Positions 1 through 9,457 of a DNA stretch of 59,821 nt are shown here, piece by piece. The notes beneath the pieces are model-generated. The model had not been told where the DNA came from, made no database searches, and saw only the letters and a list, made by a program, of their open reading frames with translations. Origin of the DNA: a virus (taxonomy: Duplodnaviria; Caudoviricetes); IMG/VR virus record IMGVR_UViG_3300045996_001015, positions 1-59,821 of that record; one strand, given 5' to 3'. Position 1 is the first letter of the stretch. Each line of letters starts with the position of its first letter. Position numbers and translations under genes: made by a program.

Positions 1-127
1 CACACGAATCTAACGGAATCTCATATTGCAGGACTGACGCGCCTGCTCGCGGTTGCCACGGCATAAACCGTCTTGGTGTTATGTTGGCAGTGTACAAAGA
101 TACTCTAAGCGAGTCAATGGAATTTAA
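1..127. repeat. Direct terminal repeat copy 1 (identical to 59695-59821), indicating a circular contig
   Basis: Exact 127-bp match between the two ends. The length equals a common assembler k-mer. Confidence 0.95.
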
Positions 128-132
128 CGATT

Positions 133-540
133 ATGCTGCTACGAAATATAGTATGCAGTGTACCCCTTGCTACTACATCGCATGTACACTATCTTGCTGG
201 AATGGACGCAAGACCCGAATACCTCTACGGCGCGAACGTGATGCTCAAAGTAAAAAGCAGCGCGTACGATATTTACGCGCTGCCGAGTTGCGGTCGTGTC
301 ATAGTTTTCGACGCTCGCGACAAAAGCTCTAAGCTGAATCAATTGCGAGGCATGAAAGCCGAATGGTGCGAATCTCGCCGTACGGATGAACGTGGAATGG
401 CCAATGTCGAGATAAACGCCTGGCTGTTCTACGATCGATACGGACGGCGCACGGAAGATGAATGCTTCGTTGAAATTGCAGCTACTTCGAGAGTCAGTGA
501 GGAAGAGATAGCAATTATTCTCGGGCAGAGTGAGTGCTGA
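133..540 (+). CDS. Hypothetical protein in the accessory region next to attP
   Basis: 135-aa ORF with no recognised motif. Start uncertain. Confidence 0.3.
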   Translation: MLLRNIVCSVPLATTSHVHYLAGMDARPEYLYGANVMLKVKSSAYDIYALPSCGRVIVFDARDKSSKLNQLRGMKAEWCESRRTDERGMANVEINAWLFYDRYGRRTEDECFVEIAATSRVSEEEIAIILGQSEC

Positions 541-559
541 GAGGTCTTACACCGGGGCT

Positions 560-781
560 TTAATACTCTCCAAGTGACGCAGAGAACGTCACAGCTTTGA
601 TTCGGGCACCGGTTGGCTGAGGATCGTAATTCTCTGGGATCACAAGAGCCTCGCCAAGTTGCACGAGCTCGATCGTTTCCACTTCTGTGACGGGATAGAA
701 GCTGCCTACCCCGTCCATCGAAACGACTTCGGTGTTCGGGTCGAATGATTTCAGCTTGGCGATGAGGTCGGAGATTTTCAT
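560..781 (-). CDS. Small phage hypothetical protein
   Basis: The MKISDLIAKLKSFDPNTEVV N-terminus is typical of small phage proteins. Confidence 0.65.
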   Translation of the reverse strand: MKISDLIAKLKSFDPNTEVVSMDGVGSFYPVTEVETIELVQLGEALVIPENYDPQPTGARIKAVTFSASLGEY

Positions 782-1697
782 GGTGATTTGATCGGTTTAT
801 TTCAAAGGCAAATCAATCACACCATAATCAATAGAATTTAAACGGCATTGGCCATTTGACGCCAATGTGAATGATGCATAAAAGACATGCATTACTTCGT
901 CTTGCTCATCAAAAAAACACATCTCCATAGGGTGTATCTTCGACTGGCAAACAGATTCAGGGCTTGCTGGAATCGAGCGATTTGAATTTGTGCAAGGATC
1001 ACCAGATTGCAGTTTAGCATTGACGGCAGCAGCGAGTTGTATCCCAACCGGCTTTGGAAGCTGCCATCCTTTAATTTTTACTATTAGGGTGTTCGGAACC
1101 AATGCCCCAAATCCATGCCCACTACTCATCGAGAATGTCTCCAATAGGAGACACTTCACCTCGTTCATATTGCAAATGAGAGGCTTCGATTTCAGCGTAG
1201 TTCGGTTGAGGAGACGAGAGCTGCATTGTTCGGGCAACGCAATCCTGGAAATCACCCCAACTTGGCGGCGTTCCGCTTTGAGCCATCTTCGCTTTGAGGC
1301 AGGTAATTAAGGTAGCGCGCATTGCTGGCGTATACTTTTGAACCTGTCGCTGAATGCGATACGGTAAGTTAATAGCTGCGATGTCGATTTCCATAACTAG
1401 ACCCTTTTTGCTAAAAGTTCATTGATGCCGATTGTTCTTATCGGCAAACACTCTGTATTCAAAGATGCCAATTTGTACCGCGAGGTTACTTTGTACTGCA
1501 ATAGAATTATAGAATAATCTATCTGCAAGCACGTCGCAATCAGCTATTTAGCGGTATTTTGGCCACTCCGTTACAACGGACAATCTATGGACATCTGTTT
1601 AACTTGTAATACTAGCAACACTTATGCCGATTTTAACGATCGAGTTTAAGGCTTCTTTGCCCCGATACCCCCGTAGTCCCTACTTGGCCTAGCGCAT

Positions 1698-1720
1698 AAA
1701 AAACCGCCCTTGCGAGGCGG
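1698..1720 (-). terminator. Rho-independent terminator ending minus-strand tail transcription
   Basis: Minus strand reads CCGCC-TCGCAAG-GGCGG followed by TTTTTT. Confidence 0.65.
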
Positions 1721-1737
1721 CAATGGGAATCTATGAT
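1710..1737 (+). promoter_or_regulatory. Sigma70-like promoter for the SGNH lipoprotein gene (probably leaderless)
   Basis: TTGCGA-16 bp-TATGAT. ATG 1744 follows after 6 nt with no SD. Confidence 0.5.
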
Positions 1738-1743
1738 TGAGCT

Positions 1744-2421
1744 ATGAAACATTTACTCGTTTTTATCGTTCTTTTGGCCGGTTGCTCGAAACCCGCGCCG
1801 GTGAAAACCCTTGCGAGCGTCAGGGTTGAGCTGAATAAGCAGTGGAAAGATAACCGGATTATCAATCTTGTCTTTCACGGCCACAGTGTTCCGGCTGGTT
1901 TTCATGTCACGCCCGAGATAAAACCGTTCGAGTCATACCCGCACTTGGTTTACGTCGGACTAAAGAAGAAATATCCTTACGCGCAAATCAACTGTATTGT
2001 CACTGCAGTTGGCGGAGAGACGAGCGATAAAGGCGCGATGAGATTTGAGGATGAAGTCATGAACCACAAGCCCGACATTCTGTTTATCGACTATGCTCTT
2101 AATGATCGCTTTTTGAATGAACAGGATTCGCGGCGTTCACTATCGAAAATGATCGACTCGGCAAAGGCACGAAATGTAATCGTGGTGCTCGTTACACCGA
2201 CCGGCGCTGAGGATGCAAATCTGAATGACGAAAGCGACAAGCTGACAATTCGCGTGAAGATCATCCGTGAGCTTGCAAAAGAAAAGGATTGTTTGCTGGC
2301 CGATGTTTCGGGAGTTTGGAAAACGAAAGATCAATCGAAGCTACTGAGTCAAATCAATCATCCGAATCTAATCGGCCACCAACTCGCCGCTGATGTGATT
2401 CTCGAAACTCTTAACCATTGA
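1744..2421 (+). CDS. SGNH/GDSL hydrolase lipoprotein (putative acetylesterase moron)
   Basis: Lipobox LLAGC. SGNH blocks FHGHSV, AVGG, YALND and INHPNLIGH. Confidence 0.85.
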   Translation: MKHLLVFIVLLAGCSKPAPVKTLASVRVELNKQWKDNRIINLVFHGHSVPAGFHVTPEIKPFESYPHLVYVGLKKKYPYAQINCIVTAVGGETSDKGAMRFEDEVMNHKPDILFIDYALNDRFLNEQDSRRSLSKMIDSAKARNVIVVLVTPTGAEDANLNDESDKLTIRVKIIRELAKEKDCLLADVSGVWKTKDQSKLLSQINHPNLIGHQLAADVILETLNH

Positions 2422-4144
2422 GGCATCTTGCAAAGAACTGCCGTGAATCCGATGTGACGAAATGCGACAAATCGCCATGATCGCCAGTCGCGGCGAGGAT
2501 TGTAAACTCTCGTGCGCGTGAAGCGAGAAGCGTTTGCAGTACGTCGGAGTGAGATCCTCTCGGCACATAGGTATCGGCGTTTGATGCAGTAGTGCGCATG
2601 CGCACGACCGGATAAGCCGATGCACTTTTTAGCACCGGATCGTAGCCGCTCGTCTTACTCGCGTAGTCCGACCCATCGCCAGCGATTCCGTAAGCTGTTT
2701 TAACTGCAGCGGTGAACGTCGCGTGATTGTAAGCAGCGAGTAGCGAGCAAACCGGATAGATTCCGTACCAACCGATAACTGGCATGTCTTGCCGAGCAAG
2801 GCAGCCGAGTCCGGTCAATCCACCCATCGACTGCGATAAGAACAGTAATCGATTCGCTGAAAAATTAGCGTCCGCATAAGTCCAGAGTGGCAGATAGCAA
2901 TCTTGCGAGGCTTGATTGCCCCACGCCGTTGTACCGGCTGAGATTCCGCAGAGGATGTATCCCGCGCCAAGAAGTGCGTCTCGAGTTGCTGTTTTTAGCG
3001 AGTCGCTGTCCCAAGCGGTGTAATCTTCGCCGCTGCCGCTATGGTACATAATCACATCGTGACCAGTCGTCGCATCGTAATTTTGCGGCAGGATAATCAG
3101 CGAAGATTTACCACCAACAGTCTGGTAATTGCGTACTGGCAATCCATACGCAGCAAAAGAATTGATTCTATTGCTGTCATTCGCGTGCTCGTCATAAATG
3201 TTACAGCCAACTGCTGCACCCGTGTTCGAGAGTGGGACGGTGTCAGTTCCAGTGAACACCAAAACCCCGTCGTTGAATATTTTGAATACTAAATGCCCGC
3301 TCTCGTTCTCTTCCGCAGTGATGCGCATGTCGTGCACACCAACGGATGGCAAGTTTGTGGTAACTGCCGTGCCGATCGGCCCGCCACCGCCACCAATTTT
3401 ATAGCATCCCCACGATTCCAATCCTGAGATTGTGTCGAGCCAGCCAACCTGATAAAAAGTATTTGCGCCCGGCTGTAGACGAAACAAGGCAAGTACGGCG
3501 TTGCCAGCACCTGTCACTCCTGATTTCGTCCAATTCATTCTTACTTCGCAATTACGTGGAGGTGTGCCGCTTGCGTAGTATTGCGTATAAGCAGTTCCAT
3601 CGGTTTTGATTGCATTCGATGCAATTGATAGAGTGGTGCCTGTATAAAACCCGTGACGTGTCCACGTTGCCCCGAACTCACCCGTATGTACCGAAAGTAA
3701 TTTATCGCTGTCCGTGAAAGTGTCGTATACAAAACATGGGGATGTGAATTTATAAAGTGCGGAGTATTCAGAGCCATTGCCGTTCGCGTCAAACGCCCGA
3801 ACACGGTAATACATGCTGCCGTAGAGCGGCGCGACGGTTAATCCAACGACTTGCGCATTGCCACTCGCGGAAATATCGGTATAACTTCCAAGCCCTTGCG
3901 TGACCGGGTCGCCGGAAGCGTGACGATAGATGCGAAACGTCGTGGCTGACCCGTTTGACGGTGTGATCAGGAATTCGATTTCGTTCGCCGCTAATGTTCC
4001 GCCACCGGTCTTTGCGTAACCGGGCTGTGAGTAGAGAGCGAGTGCGTCGGTTTGCAGGGTGCTTACGATTGCGTTCGTGTCACCATTGAACGGCCCGCGA
4101 AGGGGGCCAGAGCCGAACGGGCCAAGGTAGGGCGAGCGTAGCAT
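2411..4144 (-). CDS. Putative receptor-binding/tail protein: FN3-like + beta-sandwich + C-terminal alpha/beta-hydrolase
   Basis: Last gene of the tail operon. FN3-like YYRVRAFDANGNGS, YHSGSG, nucleophile elbow SQSMGG, Asp in NADTYVP and His in GDHGD. Confidence 0.7.
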   Translation of the reverse strand: MLRSPYLGPFGSGPLRGPFNGDTNAIVSTLQTDALALYSQPGYAKTGGGTLAANEIEFLITPSNGSATTFRIYRHASGDPVTQGLGSYTDISASGNAQVVGLTVAPLYGSMYYRVRAFDANGNGSEYSALYKFTSPCFVYDTFTDSDKLLSVHTGEFGATWTRHGFYTGTTLSIASNAIKTDGTAYTQYYASGTPPRNCEVRMNWTKSGVTGAGNAVLALFRLQPGANTFYQVGWLDTISGLESWGCYKIGGGGGPIGTAVTTNLPSVGVHDMRITAEENESGHLVFKIFNDGVLVFTGTDTVPLSNTGAAVGCNIYDEHANDSNRINSFAAYGLPVRNYQTVGGKSSLIILPQNYDATTGHDVIMYHSGSGEDYTAWDSDSLKTATRDALLGAGYILCGISAGTTAWGNQASQDCYLPLWTYADANFSANRLLFLSQSMGGLTGLGCLARQDMPVIGWYGIYPVCSLLAAYNHATFTAAVKTAYGIAGDGSDYASKTSGYDPVLKSASAYPVVRMRTTASNADTYVPRGSHSDVLQTLLASRAREFTILAATGDHGDLSHFVTSDSRQFFARCLNG

Positions 4145-4156
4145 TAGACGCCTCTC

Positions 4157-4501
4157 CTAGATTTGCGTGTCACTGAGTTCGGTGAGAAAGACAATCGATG
4201 CCGTGCCGCCGAAGATGTAGATGCTGTCGAGAGCTTTCCCGCCGAACGGAAGGTAAAACGGCGTTCCTGCCGCGTAAGATTTCGTATAGCCGTTGGTCGA
4301 AGCTGTAGCGGTTGCTCCCTTCTCGTTCACGTAGCAGGTGCCGCTAGAAGGAAAGATGCTTACTCCTCGCACACGACCTTTGGACGCTCCAGCAACGGTG
4401 CCGAGATTTCTTCCTGCGGAAGAGTTATCGATGTCGTAATTCGCTAGCTGCGAAATTGACTGAATTGGTACGAGATTGAGTTGGCTTGTGAACTGAGACA
4501 T
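4157..4501 (-). CDS. Putative virion structural protein
   Basis: Lies in the structural operon, beta-rich, G/S/T-rich. Confidence 0.6.
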   Translation of the reverse strand: MSQFTSQLNLVPIQSISQLANYDIDNSSAGRNLGTVAGASKGRVRGVSIFPSSGTCYVNEKGATATASTNGYTKSYAAGTPFYLPFGGKALDSIYIFGGTASIVFLTELSDTQI

Positions 4502-4513
4502 GATTGTATTCCG

Positions 4514-5029
4514 TTACGAGAAGGTTCCAATTCCAATGTTTTGAATAACCAGAGCCGTTGCGGTTGTGTAGGTCACGATAAAGTCACGGTACGTATTTGC
4601 TGCGATTGTCATTGTTCCAGTGAGCGTGACTCCGTCACCGGCTGTCACGGTCAATGTTCCACTACCTTGACCATTCACGATTCGCAGGACGTAAGAGTTT
4701 CCGGCCACTGCCGTTGCGTCATCGCCAAACATTTCCGTTGCTGTGCGAGTGGCGATTGACCCAGGAGTTCCCTGTGTGTTGGTGTAAACCACGAACTTTG
4801 AACCGCTTAATTGACCAGCGGCAAACGTCGTAGTGGTTGTGCCGGTGGAGAAGCTGGCGTTTGCCCTTGCGTTTTGAGAGGTTACGGCAGCGGCAATCGC
4901 CGTTGTCATTTCTGTGGTAAGCGGAATCGACAACAAAAACTCGCGCCAAGATTGGTCGTCGAAGTCTTTGTTGCGGGCTTGCTGGTATAAATTTGCGAGT
5001 TGTTCGCGTGTTCTTGCAGAATCGGCCAT
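4514..5029 (-). CDS. Putative virion fibre/decoration protein
   Basis: SD GGAGGA before ATG 5029. Thr-rich beta domain (TLTVTAGDGVTLTGTMTIAA) resembles phage structural proteins. Confidence 0.65.
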   Translation of the reverse strand: MADSARTREQLANLYQQARNKDFDDQSWREFLLSIPLTTEMTTAIAAAVTSQNARANASFSTGTTTTTFAAGQLSGSKFVVYTNTQGTPGSIATRTATEMFGDDATAVAGNSYVLRIVNGQGSGTLTVTAGDGVTLTGTMTIAANTYRDFIVTYTTATALVIQNIGIGTFS

Positions 5030-5092
5030 GAGATTCCTCCGTGAATGATGCCGCAACTTAGCAACTCGCGGAGGGGGCTCCAAGGCAAAATC

Positions 5093-5425
5093 TTAGCGGC
5101 TAAAAATCCATCGAAATGGGCGTTTTGTAGAGAGCCACGCGCCTAGTTTGTCGAGTTTCACAATCCGCCCGTTGCATCCGCAATCGATTCCCAGCTTTTT
5201 GATTAGTTCGTTGATGCCCAGTCGCTTTGTGACCTTCCCCGCCCAGGTTCCCATCGGCAGCGGGTTCGGGACTTTGCAATTCGACTTGGCTTTGCAGTCT
5301 TTCGACCGATACACTTTGCCACATAGGGTGCATTTGCATTTGTCGTTCGGGAGTGTTTCGGGGGTGCATTGCATTTTTATGGAAGACGAAGAATGACCGA
5401 CACTGCCGGTGTGTAAAACTGGCAC
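5093..5425 (-). CDS. Cys-rich phage protein (KVTKRLGI...DCGCNGRIVKL motif)
   Basis: CxCxxC and CGC motifs of a type I recall from small uncharacterised phage proteins. Confidence 0.6.
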   Translation of the reverse strand: MPVLHTGSVGHSSSSIKMQCTPETLPNDKCKCTLCGKVYRSKDCKAKSNCKVPNPLPMGTWAGKVTKRLGINELIKKLGIDCGCNGRIVKLDKLGAWLSTKRPFRWIFSR

Positions 5426-5880
5426 GGCCCAAGATCGGCTCGCGAAAAGTAAGGAATCGAAATGTCTCCACCCGCTTCAAACGTGGCAGCCGAAATACCC
5501 GTGAGCTTGTAAATGAACTGCGTGGCTCCTCCGGCTGGAAATCTAGTTCGCCAGTCAATAATCACATCGTACGTGTTCGCTCCTCCGAAATACAAAAGGG
5601 TGACTTGAATGCTATGAATGGCAAAACCTGTGCAAAAAACTTCGTCGAACAAGTAGTCAATTGCGCAGTCTGGCGGATCATTAGATGCTCCAATATAGTC
5701 TGCAATGAATTCTCCGATCGTTAAAGTTGTGCAATCGGAACACCCCGAATTTGATCCTGTTCCAGTGTAGATACCGAATTCGGCGTAAACGGTAACGCTA
5801 TCAGACGGGAATCGATCGAGGCACGTCGGAAATCCACCTCCATCGCAACACGCGCAGTTGCTCAAGTCCCACGTTGCCAT
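5377..5880 (-). CDS. Cys-rich putative tail-associated protein
   Basis: NCACC N-terminus. Coupled to the upstream gene. Confidence 0.6.
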   Translation of the reverse strand: MATWDLSNCACCDGGGFPTCLDRFPSDSVTVYAEFGIYTGTGSNSGCSDCTTLTIGEFIADYIGASNDPPDCAIDYLFDEVFCTGFAIHSIQVTLLYFGGANTYDVIIDWRTRFPAGGATQFIYKLTGISAATFEAGGDISIPYFSRADLGPCQFYTPAVSVILRLP

Positions 5881-6848
5881 TAGCTTTCGACCTCCGAGCT
5901 AATGGTCACGCCAAGGGCCATCACAGCGGCTGGAATATGCAGAGTGCGAACGTACTCAGTCATCTCGCAAGTTTCTTCATCCCATGAATAGCGGTAGAGC
6001 GTAATGTCTTCGTCGGAATAGCCTGTATCATCTAAAGAGATAATAAGTTCGGTTCCAGCACCGGCGGTAATCACAATAGGAAATGTTGCGGATAAGTTCG
6101 TTCCAATCGTTTTCGCCGTTCCGGCTCCGTTGCCAATCGTGATTCCAGCGGCGGCAGTCAGGTTAGCCGCAATGCCAATCGAAGTGTTCGCGACACTTGG
6201 CGTGAGCGTGATTCCGCAATTCGACGCCGTCGTGAAGTTCGTCGAGACCCACCAATCATCGTCGGTGAGCTCGGCAACAGTGATGCCGCTGCCGACTGCT
6301 GAATTGACCGTGACGGGTGAGCCGCCAGGAAACGTCACATTGCCGTTGAAAACTGTGTCGCCATTGAAAACCGAGCCACCATTCACGACCTGATCGCCCT
6401 CGATGACCGTGTCACCGTCAATCGTTGTGTCGCCAGCAACATTCACATCGCCTTGCAGCCACGTGTTTCCAGCAACAACAGCGTCACCATTAAGGACCGC
6501 CACGCCATTGCTGACAAACGCCACGCCGCGTCGAATTTCTTCCGAGTCCGGATCGATGTAACTGCCGATGTTTTGAGCAATCAACGCGCCAGGAAAGTGT
6601 TGTGGCGAGCTATTGGCAAACATCAACTGCGATGCTGTCGAGTTCCGAGGGGAATCCAGCGGTGGAACAATGATCGATAATGGAATTGGCAGAGCTTGCG
6701 GATTTTCGACGTTCACTAGGACCGGCGCACGATGCTGTAGCGGAAGCTGGCAATTTCCGATCACGCCCATCACGGCATTGATCGCGCCTTCGGGTAAGAA
6801 CTTCGCCAGGTCATTGGCCATCGAGGCGGTGTATTCTGTGAACATCAC
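5880..6848 (-). CDS. Tail needle/spike-like protein with a hexapeptide beta-helix
   Basis: Six-residue repeats GDVNVA-GDTTID-GDTVIE-GDQVVN-GGSVFN-GDTVFN. Follows the nozzle gene. Confidence 0.6.
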   Translation of the reverse strand: MMFTEYTASMANDLAKFLPEGAINAVMGVIGNCQLPLQHRAPVLVNVENPQALPIPLSIIVPPLDSPRNSTASQLMFANSSPQHFPGALIAQNIGSYIDPDSEEIRRGVAFVSNGVAVLNGDAVVAGNTWLQGDVNVAGDTTIDGDTVIEGDQVVNGGSVFNGDTVFNGNVTFPGGSPVTVNSAVGSGITVAELTDDDWWVSTNFTTASNCGITLTPSVANTSIGIAANLTAAAGITIGNGAGTAKTIGTNLSATFPIVITAGAGTELIISLDDTGYSDEDITLYRYSWDEETCEMTEYVRTLHIPAAVMALGVTISSEVES

Positions 6849-9457
6849 GCCCCCTTGCCGGTGCTGTAAAACCCGACTTCATAAATCTTCGTGAAGTCTG
6901 ATTTCTGAACGCCTTGCAATTCGAGCGAGATAAAGCGATGCGTCAACATTTCGGAATCGCGATGCCCGCCGTAGCGATGCTTCACCCAGCCCGCTTGCGT
7001 CTTTCCAGCCGCAACCAGGGACTTCATATTTACGACCGCATCGGCTGATCCGACTGTCGTAGTGATGTTGTTGCCAGTATTGGCAGAGACAGGAAAAACT
7101 TCTGGTGACGTATTGTTGTCGTAGTATCGTCGAATATCGAACGTCGCTGCTGCTGTCGTCGGCTCAAACAGGACTTCGATCCCTTCGTAAAATGCTTCGT
7201 TGCTGTTCCGTGATCCGGTAAACAGTTGGCCGGTTTTGATAGACCAAGGAATTCCACCAATCGAGTACACCGAAGTCGTGTCGGGCGATGTTGTCCAGGC
7301 AGTCTGAATGGTAACTTGGGTACTCGTTTGAGCCGTGATGTATCGTGTCTGTCCCTTGCCAGTGCCGCTGACGATCGTAATCGGCTGATCCAAGCAGTCT
7401 GTCGTAAATTGCGATAGAGTTGTGTCTGATAATGTTGTCGAACTGGACGCAGTTGCGGTTCCTGTGAAGTGCGTTGTCCCATCAAACGAATTTCCTCCGT
7501 TCACGGATTTCAAAACGAGACCGTTAATGCCGCCGTAATAGATCGTTCCAGGCACTCGATTGTCGAACGTGAATCCACACAGGCCAGGAGCGTAGTAGCC
7601 GAGATACCACGCATTGACTCGATTGTTAAATTCGAGCCAGTATTGCGGGTAAGTCACATCGTTGCTCATCGAGAAATGAAATCGCATGCAATCGTGATTT
7701 CGATCCGACGCTACAAATGCATATTCAAAATTGTTATTGTTCAGCAGAACAAGCCCGTCGTGCCAGTAATTCGCGATTGGATCGTCAATTTCTTGAATGC
7801 CGCTACCGCTACAAAGGTATGACCCGAAAGCATCGACCATGAAAAGCGAGTCTTCGTAGCGAGTCCAGCAGCGATTGTTCAGCAATCCGCGATTCGAGAT
7901 CAGGTTGGGAGTTGCGTCAATGACCGGCTGGCTGACGTAGCGGATTGAATAGAGGTGCGAACGTTGGGCAACGATTAAAGCATTGTTGTTTGGTGCGAGT
8001 CCGACAATCTCATCCGGCGTTTCGTGGTTCTCTTGAATGAGAAGCGAATTGCCGCGTGGCACGGAAAACGGTTCGTCTTGTGCCGAATAAAGGATCTCAT
8101 TTCGTGTTTTATGGTCTGGCTTGATTGTGTAACTTAGCCCAGAGGCAGTATTCGCAACGGCTTCGTCAACCGTGATCGACGTTGCACTCGCCGCCGTGAT
8201 CTCGTACGCCTGTGGTTCGCCAGCGATGTAAATCTTGCGACCAATGAACGTGCTCTTCCAGTTGGTTCCCGTTCCGGTGATTGTTGTGGTGCCATTGGTG
8301 GCAATGGTTCCGCTCGAGTAAACAGCGTGAACTGCATAAAACGCGCGATCCTGCTGAACGGCTCCCACACGATAGTAATTCGGCGGTGGGACAAAGCGAT
8401 TGGCAATATCTTCGTGGCCGTCGAGCGTCGTTAATTGAGTTGACTGATACCCTTCGACTGTGGCATCTGTGGCCGAGTCGTTATCGTACTGCGTGATTAC
8501 CCACGTTGCCGCCGATCCAGCCGAAGCGAAAGCGATATTGGTGTCTACCGTCGTGGCCGTGATAGCGGTGGGCTGATGCACGACGTTGTAGGTTGCTTCC
8601 GAGTTGCCAGACATCAAGAAACGCATTGCATTCACGATGCCGTGACCGGCTGGAAGCGTGAATTGGCAAAAACCGCCGTTGTTCGTGCAGCTCGTAACCG
8701 TGCCTGAGACCGGCAAGTACGATTGACTCGAAGGGCCGAGTCCGTTGAATTTGAGTTTGAAATAAGTGATCGATTGACCGGCAGTCGTGCGCCAAAGTTC
8801 AATTCTCTTAGCGCGGGCTTGCGATGGAAGCGTGAATTGCCACCGCATAATGTCGAGTGTTGCCGACGCAGTTGTGACAGGTGAGAAGATTGAGGGATTC
8901 GGGCCAAGAGTTCCATCCCCGAATTCGTCGAAATCTTCTGCGTCATCCGTGTAGCGATAGACGAACTGATATGAACCGTCCAGTCCGCTGGAACCGCCGA
9001 GATTCGTGATTGTTGGAGCGACTGTTGGCCCATCAATGCCGATGTATTCCAGGGCAGCCGTGTAGCCATCCCACTGAAATGGCTCATCGATTCCATTAAG
9101 CCCGACAAGCAGGCCGAGTCGAGTTTGGAAGAAACAAATGCAATGCTCCCCGTCGTAGCCAGTTCCGAGAGTGACGATTGAACCGCTGCTCTTACGCGCA
9201 ATGATCTTGCCGCTGGAAGTCTGGTAGACGTAATGCGTCCCGTTTGGGGCATCGAATCGAAACACTGAAATCACATTGTCGCTAGCAGTGCGAGTCCCGA
9301 ACGCAGAACGAATTCCATCACGACCTTGCAGCATCCCAGCTTTGCGGATCACAAGGTTTTGCTGATAGCGCATCGCCCCCTGCGGGATGTCGTGCGGGTC
9401 AGCATTCGACATCATTCCTTGAAAGTTGTTGACGTTTCGGAATGTTTGTGCGTCCAT
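6845..9457 (-). CDS. Podovirus tail nozzle/stabilisation protein (P22 gp10 / T7 gp12-like)
   Basis: 870 aa. N-terminal FQGMMSNADPHDIP...QQNL, beta-propeller-like segments (ILYSAQDEP, IVGLAP), positioned after the adaptor. Confidence 0.7.
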   Translation of the reverse strand: MDAQTFRNVNNFQGMMSNADPHDIPQGAMRYQQNLVIRKAGMLQGRDGIRSAFGTRTASDNVISVFRFDAPNGTHYVYQTSSGKIIARKSSGSIVTLGTGYDGEHCICFFQTRLGLLVGLNGIDEPFQWDGYTAALEYIGIDGPTVAPTITNLGGSSGLDGSYQFVYRYTDDAEDFDEFGDGTLGPNPSIFSPVTTASATLDIMRWQFTLPSQARAKRIELWRTTAGQSITYFKLKFNGLGPSSQSYLPVSGTVTSCTNNGGFCQFTLPAGHGIVNAMRFLMSGNSEATYNVVHQPTAITATTVDTNIAFASAGSAATWVITQYDNDSATDATVEGYQSTQLTTLDGHEDIANRFVPPPNYYRVGAVQQDRAFYAVHAVYSSGTIATNGTTTITGTGTNWKSTFIGRKIYIAGEPQAYEITAASATSITVDEAVANTASGLSYTIKPDHKTRNEILYSAQDEPFSVPRGNSLLIQENHETPDEIVGLAPNNNALIVAQRSHLYSIRYVSQPVIDATPNLISNRGLLNNRCWTRYEDSLFMVDAFGSYLCSGSGIQEIDDPIANYWHDGLVLLNNNNFEYAFVASDRNHDCMRFHFSMSNDVTYPQYWLEFNNRVNAWYLGYYAPGLCGFTFDNRVPGTIYYGGINGLVLKSVNGGNSFDGTTHFTGTATASSSTTLSDTTLSQFTTDCLDQPITIVSGTGKGQTRYITAQTSTQVTIQTAWTTSPDTTSVYSIGGIPWSIKTGQLFTGSRNSNEAFYEGIEVLFEPTTAAATFDIRRYYDNNTSPEVFPVSANTGNNITTTVGSADAVVNMKSLVAAGKTQAGWVKHRYGGHRDSEMLTHRFISLELQGVQKSDFTKIYEVGFYSTGKGA

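Noticed and set aside
2411-6848. Diversity-generating retroelement or shufflon acting on tail genes
   Set aside because: No reverse transcriptase, no TR/VR duplicate and no alternative inverted C-termini were seen.
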